Part shown: piece by piece, positions 43,321-53,383 of the stretch
Numbering within the stretch: position 1 is the stretch's first letter
How the letters are laid out: each line of letters begins with the position of its first letter
From: Betaproteobacteria bacterium
GTDB lineage: Bacteria; Bacillota; UBA5301; DYFA01
Length of the DNA: 64,000 bases
Assembly: GCA_050260635.1 (NCBI GenBank)
Contig: JBLNCL010000016.1
Span: forward strand, 116,809-180,808
Direction: 5' to 3'
The notes under the pieces: generated by a model
The model's input: the letters and a program-made list of their open reading frames with translations, nothing else
The model's database searches: none
Told to the model about the DNA's origin: nothing
Made by a program: the position numbers and the translations under genes

Positions 43321-43355
43321 AGAGGCTGTCCCGCAGTCAGAGTGGGACAGCCTCT
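43321..43355. terminator. Bidirectional hairpin between the cytochrome gene and serS
   Basis: AGAGGCTGTCCC-11 nt-GGGACAGCCTCT, then CTCAGTTTAT. Confidence 0.55.
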
Positions 43356-43400
43356 CTCAGTTTATCGCACTGACTTGCCGGCCCGAGCGGGCCGCCCGGG

Positions 43401-44906
<1,506 letters not shown>

Positions 44907-44944
44907 GTCTTTTGTGGCGGGCCCGGCGAAAGGGGAGGCGACTA

Positions 44945-45874
44945 GTGCACGGCCATTCGCACGACCATGGCCACGACAACCGCAAGACCCTCCGGCGTGA
45001 CGACGCCTCCCGCATGGGCTTCTCCGTCTGGTTCACCCTGGCCGTGTTCCTGGCCGAGGTGGCCGGCGGGGTGCTCACCAACAGCCTGGCCTTGCTCAGC
45101 GACGCCTGGCACGTGCTGGCGGACGTCCTCGCGTTGGCCTTGAGCTGGTGGGCGCTGCGCAAGGCGCAGAAAGCGGCCACGGGGCACATGACCTACGGCT
45201 ACCACCGTTACGGGGTGCTGGCGGCGCTCGCCAACAGCCTCACGCTCATCGCCATCTCCGGGTGGATTTTCTACGAATCCTACCACCGCCTGCTGCGCCC
45301 CGAGGCGGTCAAAAGCCTGCCCATGCTGGCCGTGGCGGCTGTTGGCTTTTTTGCCAACGGCATAGTTGCTCTAGTCTTGCGGGCCTCGGCCCACGGCAAT
45401 CTGAACGTGCGGAGCGCTTTCCTGCACGTGGTCGGGGATGCCGCGGCCTCGCTGGGCGTCATCGTCGGCGGCGCGGTGATGTACTACACCGGCTGGTATC
45501 TCGTGGATCCCCTGATCGGCGCCGCCATCGGCCTCCTCATCCTGAAGGGGGCGTGGGACGTGCTCCGGTCGGCCTTACACATCCTGGCGGAACGTTCCCC
45601 GGCCGGGCTCGATGCCCATTCGGTTTTCGAGGCGGTCCGGACCCTGCCGTTCGTGTGCGACGTCCACGACGTTCATCTATGGTGCTTGTCCAGCGAGTTC
45701 CCGATGCTCAGCCTGCACGTGGTTACCGGCCCCTCCTGCCCCACCAACTCGGAGATGCTGGAGACGATCAATCGCCTGCTCAGAGAGCGGTTCGGGATCG
45801 TACACTCGGTGATCCAGCTAGAGAACGAGTGCTGCGGACGGGCCGGGATCCTCTGCCGCCTGGGGGAGAGCTGA
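44945..45874 (+). CDS. Cation diffusion facilitator (CzcD/ZitB-like) metal efflux protein
   Basis: His-rich N-terminus HGHSHDHGHD; TM2 motif SLALLSDAWHVLADV. GTG 44945 follows a GGGGAGG SD. Confidence 0.88.
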   Translation: MHGHSHDHGHDNRKTLRRDDASRMGFSVWFTLAVFLAEVAGGVLTNSLALLSDAWHVLADVLALALSWWALRKAQKAATGHMTYGYHRYGVLAALANSLTLIAISGWIFYESYHRLLRPEAVKSLPMLAVAAVGFFANGIVALVLRASAHGNLNVRSAFLHVVGDAAASLGVIVGGAVMYYTGWYLVDPLIGAAIGLLILKGAWDVLRSALHILAERSPAGLDAHSVFEAVRTLPFVCDVHDVHLWCLSSEFPMLSLHVVTGPSCPTNSEMLETINRLLRERFGIVHSVIQLENECCGRAGILCRLGES

Positions 45875-45913
45875 AGCCGGGCCAGCGCCGCCCGCTGTCC
45901 CGGCCTTCGCCGG

Positions 45914-45942
45914 TTGCGGGGCTTGGGGGGCTGTGCTATAAT
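45914..45942 (+). promoter_or_regulatory. Promoter for tRNA-Ser(GCU)
   Basis: TTGCGG, 17-nt spacer, TGcTATAAT (extended -10). Confidence 0.45.
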
Positions 45943-45966
45943 GAACGAGCAAGTTTTGATCCTTGC

Positions 45967-46059
45967 GGAGAGGTACCCAAGCAGGTTGAAGGGGACGGTT
46001 TGCTAAACCGTTAGTAGGAGTTTATCCTAGCGCGGGTTCGAATCCCGCCCTCTCCGCCA
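45967..46059 (+). tRNA. tRNA-Ser (anticodon GCU), CCA encoded
   Basis: Acceptor GGAGAGG/CCTCTCC. Anticodon arm ACGGT-TTGCTAA-ACCGT. Long variable arm. T-arm GCGGGTTCGAATCCCGC. Confidence 0.88.
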
Positions 46060-46071
46060 GAGCATTTCGGG

Positions 46072-46105
46072 GCCGTTCATCCATCTTGGGGAACGGCTTC
46101 TTCAT
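46072..46105. terminator. Hairpin between the tRNA-Ser and the convergent GT2 gene
   Basis: GCCGTTC-12 nt-GAACGGC followed by TTCTTCATT. Confidence 0.45.
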
Positions 46106-46854
46106 TCCTGAGAGCGCTTTTCCCGTTCTCGCGCGGCGACTACGAGTCCTCTGTAACGCCTTGGGTGATGGGGAAGCTTCCACGGGGAAAGGTTCAGCAG
46201 CACCTTACGCCAGTGTTTTCGGATGACGCGACGGCGGAACCGCGCCAAGGCCGCCGCGTCATTCACCGAGCGACCGCTGTGCTGGTGACACTCTATGGTG
46301 GCCTGCGGGATGTGAGTGATCTCGAAGCGTTCGGAGATACGAATGAAGTAATCCCAGTCCTCGCAGTAGGCCAGGCTGGTGTCGGCCTCCCCAACGGTTT
46401 CATACACTTCGCGCTGCATGGCGAACCCCGAGAACGGGATCCAGTTGTCGAAGTAAAGCAGCGGCTGGTAGTAGTCCTGCGCCCAGGTGAGGTGGCGCTG
46501 TCCGTCGATGACCGTGTAGGCGTCGGGGTACACCGCCATATGGCCGCTATCCAGATAGGCAGCCAGGGTCTCCAGGTGGTTTGGGAGGCAGGTATCATCG
46601 TCGTCGAGGAAGGTGATGTACTTGCCTTGGGCCGCCCTGAGCCCAGAGTTCAGGGCGAATGGCCGGCCGAGGTTCCGGTCGTGCTTGACGTAGACGATGG
46701 GTAAGTCAGGGGGCAGTGCCACGTCTGTTCCCCCGTCATTCACCAGCACAACCTCGAAGTCACGCCGTGTTTGGGCGGCGAGGCTGGCGAGACACCGGGA
46801 CAGAAACTCAGGCCGGTTGTAGGTCCTTACGATTACGGAGAAGGTCGGTATCAT
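46102..46854 (-). CDS. Family 2 glycosyltransferase
   Basis: MIPTFSVIVRTYNRPEFL...VLVNDGGTD...FLDDDD. ATG 46854 follows a GGGAGGA SD; the ORF-track start at 47133 was rejected. Confidence 0.85.
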   Translation of the reverse strand: MIPTFSVIVRTYNRPEFLSRCLASLAAQTRRDFEVVLVNDGGTDVALPPDLPIVYVKHDRNLGRPFALNSGLRAAQGKYITFLDDDDTCLPNHLETLAAYLDSGHMAVYPDAYTVIDGQRHLTWAQDYYQPLLYFDNWIPFSGFAMQREVYETVGEADTSLAYCEDWDYFIRISERFEITHIPQATIECHQHSGRSVNDAAALARFRRRVIRKHWRKVLLNLSPWKLPHHPRRYRGLVVAAREREKRSQE

Positions 46855-47114
46855 CCGTTCAGTCCTCCCTGTTCGGAGCCAGAGTTGGCTATCAATGGGA
46901 ATTGGACATCTGGGACTTGAGCCCCTGCCAGAAGGGTATTGTCGCCGTCGTGAGAAAAAAACTTCCCGGAGGTGAGCCGGGGTGGCAGCGGAGAGCAGGG
47001 TGAGCCAACCGGGATTCGTCCGCCGGGAGTGGGGATTCGTCTTCTTCGCAGTGGTGATGCTGGCCGGACTGATCGGCGGGGCAGCGGTGATGATTCTCAG
47101 GCTGGCGAAGTAGG

Positions 47115-47675
47115 ATGGCGCAGGGACCGGCAAGACTGAAACCTCAGGCCTTCGCTATGCTTCTGCTGGGGACCCAGGCGCTTCTGATCGCCTCCGGGCA
47201 GGTTTTGCTCTGGGCGGCGCGGCGGGGGAGTCTGCTGGCTGCTCTCCAGCCCGAACTCCCCTGCACGGCGATCCTGGCGACGGGCGGAGCCACGGGGTTT
47301 GCGGGAGCGCTCTTGGTCTATGGCCTCTATCGCTTCCTTCCCCCTTACGCCCGAGCCATCCGGCCGGTGGTGGAGTTGTTCCGGGGCCTCCCTCGGGGGC
47401 AGCTTTGGGCCGCCGCCCTGGTCAGTCCGTTGGGCGAGGAGCTCTTCTTCCGCGGGGCACTTCAGCCGTTGGTCGGCCTGGTCTGGGCTGCCCTCATCTT
47501 CGGGCTGCTCCACACCGGTTTGCGCCGGGAACGCCTAGCCTACGGGCTCAGCGCCGCCGGACTGGGCCTGTTCTTTGGAGTGAGCTATCAGTTTCTCGGG
47601 GAGCTGTGGGCGGCAGTGGTGGCTCATACCACCTATAACTCCCTGGTGGTGGCGGCCCTGCCCCTTTTCCCTTGA
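47115..47675 (+). CDS. CPBP-family intramembrane metalloprotease (intact)
   Basis: All three motifs are present: GEELFFRG, IFGLLH, VAHTTYN. Confidence 0.8.
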   Translation: MAQGPARLKPQAFAMLLLGTQALLIASGQVLLWAARRGSLLAALQPELPCTAILATGGATGFAGALLVYGLYRFLPPYARAIRPVVELFRGLPRGQLWAAALVSPLGEELFFRGALQPLVGLVWAALIFGLLHTGLRRERLAYGLSAAGLGLFFGVSYQFLGELWAAVVAHTTYNSLVVAALPLFP

Positions 47676-47700
47676 CTTCACCTGCCCTGTCTGGTATGAT
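47672..47700 (+). promoter_or_regulatory. Promoter for tRNA-Arg
   Basis: TTGACT, 17-nt spacer, TGgTATGAT (extended -10). Confidence 0.45.
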
Positions 47701-47747
47701 CAATGTTGCCGCAGGCGCCGGAAGCCGGCGCCCGGCCGACAGGAGTT

Positions 47748-47824
47748 GCGCCCGTAGCTCAGTGGATCAGAGCATTTGGCTACGGACCAAAGGGTCGGGG
47801 GTTCGAGTCCCTCCGGGCGCGCCA
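47748..47824 (+). tRNA. tRNA-Arg (anticodon ACG), CCA encoded
   Basis: Acceptor GCGCCCG/CGGGCGC. D-arm GCTCAGTGGATCAGAGC. Anticodon arm TTTGG-CTACGGA-CCAAA. Confidence 0.9.
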
Positions 47825-47870
47825 TCTTCGACATAACGCCCAGCGCCGCTGCAGAGGCTCTGGGCATTTT

Positions 47871-47901
47871 GAAGGCCCACCCCCAAAGGGGATGGGCCTT
47901 C
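47871..47901. terminator. Strong hairpin between tRNA-Arg and the convergent micro-ORF/kinase unit
   Basis: GAAGGCCCACCCC-caaa-GGGGATGGGCCTTC; weak U-tracts on both strands. Confidence 0.4.
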
Positions 47902-47921
47902 ACTCTGTTTGGCGACAGGAC

Positions 47922-48005
47922 TTACTTCGTCTTCTTCGGCGCCGGTTTCGGGGCCGGCTTCGCCGGGGCCTTGGTCTTATCGGCTGACTTGCAGCACCCT
48001 GCCAT
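47922..48005 (-). CDS. Candidate 27-aa Lys/Pro-rich micro-protein MAGCCKSADKTKAPAKPAPKPAPKKTK
   Basis: Own translation. AAAGGAGG lies exactly 7 nt upstream of the ATG. It sits 71 nt downstream of the histidine-kinase stop and is followed by the 47871-47901 hairpin. Below the ORF-track size cutoff. Confidence 0.3.
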   Translation of the reverse strand: MAGCCKSADKTKAPAKPAPKPAPKKTK

Positions 48006-48076
48006 CTTCGGTCCTCCTTTGCCGTAAGGTAACGACTCTTCGCCGTCCTTGCTGTCGCTTTACTGGTACAACTTCG

Positions 48077-49918
48077 TCATCCGGTGGCGGTTTCCTGTAT
48101 CCAGCGGGTATTTTGCGCAGCCGATTCTCCTGCTGTTGCCAAGGGCATAAGGATTTCAAAGGTGGTCCCCTCGGAGCCTGTGGCAGCGACCCCGATTCGG
48201 CCGCCGGCCTGTTCCACTAGCCTCTTGGCGATACTGAGGCCGATTCCACTACCTTTGTCCTTGGTGGTATAAAACATGTCCCAGATCCGGCTGAGTTCCG
48301 CCTCTGGGATACCCGGGCCGGTGTCACAAACCAGGATGTGGACCTGCCCTTCGCCCTGGTCGGCTTTCAATGTGATCTGGCCGCGCTCGGATTGGCTGGA
48401 AATCGCCTCAAAGGCGTTGTTCACCAGGTTGGCCAGAACATGCTGGAAGTCCACCGGGTTGACCCGGATGGCCAGGTCAGGGTCTTCCACTACCGACACG
48501 AGCTTGATGTGGCGGTAGTCGCACTTTCCTTGGAACATGGTGATGACGTTGTCGAACAAGCCGCGAACCCGGCAGACGGTTGCGCCGTCCTTACTTGGCC
48601 GGCAGAAGGCGAGCACGGTCTCGAAGTAGTTCATGATGTCATCGACTGTCTGATCGATTCTCTCCCACGCCCTCACCTGCTCGGCTTGCTCTGGTGCGAC
48701 TCGGGCGAGCTGGGCGATCAGCTTGATGGAGGCCAACGGGTTGCGGACATCATGACAGATGATCGAGGTCATCTCACCGACCAAGCTCAGGCGATCCTGA
48801 TGCTGGGCATAAAGCTCCATTTTCTTCTGCTCTGTGAGGTCGAGGAACCAGGACATGGCGCCTTCTTCGCCGGAGTCGAGGGTGAGGGGGAACGTATGGT
48901 GGTAGAGGATGTGTTTTCCTCTATTGGAAGCAATACCATACTCTCCCTCGACCGCGATCTTATCCTCCAAGACTCTGAAGAAGGCCTCACCCTCCTCGGG
49001 GGTAGACTTCCGCCCGATGATCTGTCCGCGACGGAGGCCGAAGATCGCAGCCCCCCGCTCGTTGATGTCCACGATGACCCCCTCGGAATTCCAGATAACG
49101 TATCCCCAGGGGAAGTGATTCAGCATCGCCGCCTTCTGGTCAAGGGCGTTTTGTAGGGCCGAGAAGGATTGACGGTTGACTCGGGCGATGGCGTCGAACT
49201 CCTCGTAGTCGAAGACGGGGAGGTTGGCTTGATCCTTCAAGAACGAGAGACGTTTCACGTCGGTGAGGATCCGTCTGGTGATGCCGCGGCTGACGAGCAG
49301 GGAGATCACTGAGCCAGTGACTACGACGGCGACGAAGAGGAGGGAGACGGTCTTGCCACAGGACGCGAACATGTCCGTCAGAGTCATGTTGGCGAACGTA
49401 TAGCCGATGACCACTCCGTCGATCACGACCGGGTTGTCGCACCTGAGGATCCAGGCTTGGCGCGGCTGGGAGAGGCGCAGTCCGGTAATGTGTGCCGATC
49501 GGTCTCTGCTGTGCCCGACGATGATCCGGTCGAAGGGACAGCAGTAGAAACCCCCGGTGAACCTGTCCGGATAACTGTCGAGGATCGGGTGTATCAAAGG
49601 CTCCAACAATCGGCGGCTCCCGTCAAAGTCCGCCGCCGCGGCGAGGGACTGCAGGCGCGAGGCTGTCCCTGCTTGCAGGATGGCCCGTTCGATCAACTGG
49701 GAAAGGCGAATGAGGCTGGCTTTCCGCTCCTCGATGGTCATTTCCCATAAGAGACCGCCCAGGACGAGTGAGGTGAGGAGGGTGAAAGCGAGGAAGACGA
49801 CGAGTTGGTTCTGTTGCACGTCCCCGGCCAGTGAGCGTTTCAAAGACGTTGCCCCCGCATTCCTTGGAAAGGTGTGGTAGCCGCAAGACATGGGGGCAAT
49901 TCGTCTTTGATGCGGCAC
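48077..49918 (-). CDS. Sensor histidine kinase (TM sensor region, PAS-like, HisKA, HATPase_c)
   Basis: H-box ICHDVRNPL, N-box LANLVNNAFEA, G-boxes DTGPGI and GSGIGLSIAKRLV. No response regulator is adjacent. Confidence 0.88.
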   Translation of the reverse strand: MPHQRRIAPMSCGYHTFPRNAGATSLKRSLAGDVQQNQLVVFLAFTLLTSLVLGGLLWEMTIEERKASLIRLSQLIERAILQAGTASRLQSLAAAADFDGSRRLLEPLIHPILDSYPDRFTGGFYCCPFDRIIVGHSRDRSAHITGLRLSQPRQAWILRCDNPVVIDGVVIGYTFANMTLTDMFASCGKTVSLLFVAVVVTGSVISLLVSRGITRRILTDVKRLSFLKDQANLPVFDYEEFDAIARVNRQSFSALQNALDQKAAMLNHFPWGYVIWNSEGVIVDINERGAAIFGLRRGQIIGRKSTPEEGEAFFRVLEDKIAVEGEYGIASNRGKHILYHHTFPLTLDSGEEGAMSWFLDLTEQKKMELYAQHQDRLSLVGEMTSIICHDVRNPLASIKLIAQLARVAPEQAEQVRAWERIDQTVDDIMNYFETVLAFCRPSKDGATVCRVRGLFDNVITMFQGKCDYRHIKLVSVVEDPDLAIRVNPVDFQHVLANLVNNAFEAISSQSERGQITLKADQGEGQVHILVCDTGPGIPEAELSRIWDMFYTTKDKGSGIGLSIAKRLVEQAGGRIGVAATGSEGTTFEILMPLATAGESAAQNTRWIQETATG

Positions 49919-49988
49919 TTCCTGCCGCCTTTATGCTGGGCTTCGCTGTCGAACGGGCCAGGACGGGGAGGAATTTCGGCAGCGATAG

Positions 49989-50008
49989 GTAAGTAAACAT
50001 TTACATAC
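49989..50008. promoter_or_regulatory. Imperfect 20-bp palindrome, candidate TetR operator
   Basis: GTAAGTAAACATTTACATAC (core GTAAA-ca-TTTAC), 20 nt upstream of the TetR gene start. Confidence 0.4.
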
Positions 50009-50027
50009 ACAAGGAAGGGGTGTCGGC

Positions 50028-50654
50028 GTGAGCCGTGGCTCGGAGACCAGCGAGCGCATCGTCTGCGCCGCCCGGAAACTCTTCGCCAAGAAAGGCTATG
50101 AGGGTGCCACCATGGCCGAAATCGCCCGGGAGGCCGAGATCACCGAGGGCGCCATCTACCGCCATTTTACCGATAAGAAGGAGCTGTTCATGGCGTGTGT
50201 GGCTCCGGTGGTGGAGGAGGCCTTCAGCCGCAGCCTGGCCGAGGTTGGTGAAGCCGCCGGGATCCGGGGCATGATGCGGGCGATCGTCGAGGTGCGCCTC
50301 GACCTGCTGGAGCGGCATTTGGAAAGCTTCGACATCCTCTTTAGCGAGGTCTTGCACCGCCAGGAACTCCAAGACTTACTGTGGGAGCGAATCAAGACGC
50401 AGATCGAGGGCGTGGGTTCGGCGCTGGAAAAGGTGCGACGGGCTGGTCACCTGAGCCGGCGCCCGAACCTGTTGATCCTCGGTTTGGGCATGACGGTCGC
50501 CATGTGGGCGATCCTTAGCTTCCGTAACGGACGCGGCCTGAAGGACTTTCTGGGGATTCCGACCACGCGGGAACACCTGGCGGATGACTTCACCGAGTTC
50601 ATGCTCTACGGCATCGCCGGGGAGCCGGCGGGGAGGGACCATCGATGGAGATGA
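50028..50654 (+). CDS. TetR-family transcriptional regulator
   Basis: N-terminal HTH ARKLFAKKGYEGATMAEIAREAEITEGAIYRHF. Confidence 0.88.
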   Translation: MSRGSETSERIVCAARKLFAKKGYEGATMAEIAREAEITEGAIYRHFTDKKELFMACVAPVVEEAFSRSLAEVGEAAGIRGMMRAIVEVRLDLLERHLESFDILFSEVLHRQELQDLLWERIKTQIEGVGSALEKVRRAGHLSRRPNLLILGLGMTVAMWAILSFRNGRGLKDFLGIPTTREHLADDFTEFMLYGIAGEPAGRDHRWR

Positions 50655-51652
50655 TTCGACGGAAGATTGTGCTTCCGCTGGCGCTGGCAGCGGTCGGGGG
50701 CCTGATCGTGGCGGTCTGGATCGGCGCCCGGGCCGGGCGGGACGACGGCGTCCTGACCACGTCAGGGACGATCGAGGCGACCGACGTCCCGGTGGCGGCG
50801 GAGGTGGCCGGCAAGGTGGCAGAGGTCCTGGTGGAGGAGGGGCAACGAGTCCGGCCAGGCGCTGCCCTGGTGAAGCTGGACACGGCCGCCCTGGAACTTC
50901 AGGTGGAGCAGGCGGAGGCCGCCTTGAAGGTGGCCGAGGCCAAGCTGGCCGAGGCGCGGGTCGGCCCCCGAGCGGCCCAGGTGCGGCAGGCGGAGGAGCT
51001 GGCGCGCCAGGCCACCGCCGCCCTGGAGGGCGCGCGAAAGAACTATGAGACGGTCAAGCGCCTATACGAGCAGGGGGTGGCCCCCAAAGTCCAGTTGGAC
51101 GCGGCCACGACCCAGCTCGATACGGCCGTCGCTCAAGCCAGGGCCGCTCAAGCCCAGGCTGACCTGGTCAGACAAGGGGCGACGGCCGAACAGCTCCGGC
51201 AGTTGGAGGCGGCCGTGGCCCAGGCGAGCGCTGCCGCGAGACTGGCCCGGTTCAACCTTGAGCGGGCGACGGTCAAGGCCCCGGTGGGTGGGGTGGTGGT
51301 GCGGCGGCTGGTCGAGCCGGGAGCGCTGATCGCTCCCGGTTCCCCGCTGCTCATCCTCTCCGACCTGGAGGACCTGTGGCTCAAAGTCTACGTTCCGGAG
51401 AGCCAGTTGAACCAGGTCAGGCTCGGAATGCAGGTGGGGGTGCAGGTCGATCCTTACCCGGAGCGGCGCTTCCGGGCCAGGGTGGTGCACATCAACGACC
51501 AAGCCGAGTTCACTCCCCGGAACGTGCAAGTCAAGAAGGAGCGGGCGACCACGGTCTACGCTGTCAAGCTCCGGCTCCTGGAGGGTCTGCGGGGTGAACT
51601 CAAGCCGGGCATGCCGGCCGACGTGACCTTTGTGGAGGAACGACGGAAGTGA
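50645..51652 (+). CDS. HlyD-family periplasmic adaptor
   Basis: TM anchor, lipoyl-like, long coiled coil (AEAALKVAEAKLAEA...), beta-barrel C-terminus (GMPADV). Confidence 0.88.
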   Translation: MEMIRRKIVLPLALAAVGGLIVAVWIGARAGRDDGVLTTSGTIEATDVPVAAEVAGKVAEVLVEEGQRVRPGAALVKLDTAALELQVEQAEAALKVAEAKLAEARVGPRAAQVRQAEELARQATAALEGARKNYETVKRLYEQGVAPKVQLDAATTQLDTAVAQARAAQAQADLVRQGATAEQLRQLEAAVAQASAAARLARFNLERATVKAPVGGVVVRRLVEPGALIAPGSPLLILSDLEDLWLKVYVPESQLNQVRLGMQVGVQVDPYPERRFRARVVHINDQAEFTPRNVQVKKERATTVYAVKLRLLEGLRGELKPGMPADVTFVEERRK

Positions 51653-52626
51653 GCGCTGGAGAGGCGGCCATCACCGTCAAGGGCTTGGTCAAACGATATG
51701 AGGAAGTCACGGCGGTGGCGGGACTCAGCCTGTCCGTGCCGTGGGGGAGTATCTACGGACTTCTCGGTCCCGATGGGGCGGGGAAGACCAGCACGCTCCG
51801 GTGCCTGGCTGGAGCGCTCCGGTTTCAGGAGGGAGAGGTGCGCCTGGGCGGATGGCGGCTGCCGGAGGACGCTACTCACATTCAGCCGCTCGTCGGGTAC
51901 ATGCCGCAGCGCTTTGCTCTCTACCAGGACCTCACCCTCGTCGAGAACCTGGCTTTCTTCGCCGACCTATACCAGGTATCCAGGAAGGAGCGGGCGGAGC
52001 GGGTGCCACACCTGCTCGCCTTCACCCGCCTGGCGGGGCACGAAACCAAGCGAGCAGGCCAGTTGTCCGGGGGCATGAAACAGAAGCTGGCGCTCTGCAC
52101 GGTTTTGGTTCACCGCCCGAAGATACTGCTGCTCGATGAGCCAAGCACGGGAGTAGACCCGGTCAGCCGCCGGGAGTTCTGGCAGATCCTGCTGCAGCTG
52201 CGCGAGGAGGGAGTGGCCATCCTGGTCTCAACGCCCTATATGGACGAGGCGGAGAAGTGCGACCGGATCGGAATGATCGCCCGGGGGCGACTGCTCGTCG
52301 AAGGAACGCCGGAAGAGTTGAAGCGGCGCTTTCCCTTCCGTGTCCTGTCCGTGTCGGCCACGCCGCTCTTCCCGGCCCGCCAGGTGCTCGGAGAGTTGCC
52401 CGGGGTCCGGACAGCGGTGATGCATGGCGATGCCGTGCACATCGTGGTAGAAGACGCGGTCAAGGCGGAGGACACCGTCGCCGGAGCGCTGGCCAGGGCG
52501 GGGGTGCGAGTGTATGGGATGCGCGAGATTCCGGCCGGACTGGAGGACGTGTTCGTCCACGAGCTGCACTCCCGGGGCATAGAGACCCCACACGCCATCG
52601 CCCGGGGAGGTGAGGGCGGTGCCTGA
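51649..52626 (+). CDS. ABC transporter ATP-binding protein 1
   Basis: Walker A GPDGAGKTS, signature LSGGMKQKL, Walker B LLLDEPSTG. Confidence 0.9.
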   Translation: MSAGEAAITVKGLVKRYEEVTAVAGLSLSVPWGSIYGLLGPDGAGKTSTLRCLAGALRFQEGEVRLGGWRLPEDATHIQPLVGYMPQRFALYQDLTLVENLAFFADLYQVSRKERAERVPHLLAFTRLAGHETKRAGQLSGGMKQKLALCTVLVHRPKILLLDEPSTGVDPVSRREFWQILLQLREEGVAILVSTPYMDEAEKCDRIGMIARGRLLVEGTPEELKRRFPFRVLSVSATPLFPARQVLGELPGVRTAVMHGDAVHIVVEDAVKAEDTVAGALARAGVRVYGMREIPAGLEDVFVHELHSRGIETPHAIARGGEGGA

Positions 52627-53383
52627 ACCGTCGTCAGCGGCCGTCGCCGGGCCGGCTATTCAGGTGGTCGGGCTGCGCAAGCATTTCGGCGACTTCGTAG
52701 CGGTGGACGGGATCGACTTCTCCGTCCAGCCAGGAGAGATCTTCGGCTTTATCGGCCCCAACGGATCAGGAAAGTCAACCACCATTCGGATGCTGCTGGG
52801 ACTGCTCACCCCGACGGCGGGCGGGGGAACGGTTTTGGGCTTCGATTTCACCCGAGAGTCCGAGGCGATCCGCCAGCGCATCGGCTACATGGCGCAGAGG
52901 TTCAGCCTGTACGACGAGCTGACGGCGGGGGAGAACATCCGATTTTACGCCGGGGTCTACGGCCTGGTCGGGAAGAAGGCGAAGGAACGGATCGGGGAGG
53001 TGTTGGACCTGGTGGGTCTGCGGGGGATCGACAACCTGCGGGCGTCAGCCTTGGCGACCGGCTGGCGGCAGCGGCTTGGGCTGGCGTGCGCCCTGGTCCA
53101 CCGTCCTCGCCTGCTCTTTCTCGATGAGCCGACCGGCGGCGTGGACCCGGTGGCCCGACGGGACTTCTGGGACCTGCTCTACAGCCTGGCCACCGCCGGC
53201 GTGACCATCTTCGTCACCACTCACTACATGGACGAGGCGGACCACTGCCACCACCTGTGCTTGATCAACGCCGGGCGGATCGTGGCCCGGGGGACGCCCA
53301 GCCAGATCAAAGACCAGGCTGGGGCGCGGGATCTGGAGGAGATCTTCGCCCGGATGGTGGAAAGCGAGGGGATGGCGTCGTGA
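52619..53383 (+). CDS. ABC transporter ATP-binding protein 2
   Basis: Walker A GPNGSGKST, Walker B LFLDEPTGG. GTG 52619 has better SD spacing than the ORF-track start at 52610. Confidence 0.9.
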   Translation: MPEPSSAAVAGPAIQVVGLRKHFGDFVAVDGIDFSVQPGEIFGFIGPNGSGKSTTIRMLLGLLTPTAGGGTVLGFDFTRESEAIRQRIGYMAQRFSLYDELTAGENIRFYAGVYGLVGKKAKERIGEVLDLVGLRGIDNLRASALATGWRQRLGLACALVHRPRLLFLDEPTGGVDPVARRDFWDLLYSLATAGVTIFVTTHYMDEADHCHHLCLINAGRIVARGTPSQIKDQAGARDLEEIFARMVESEGMAS

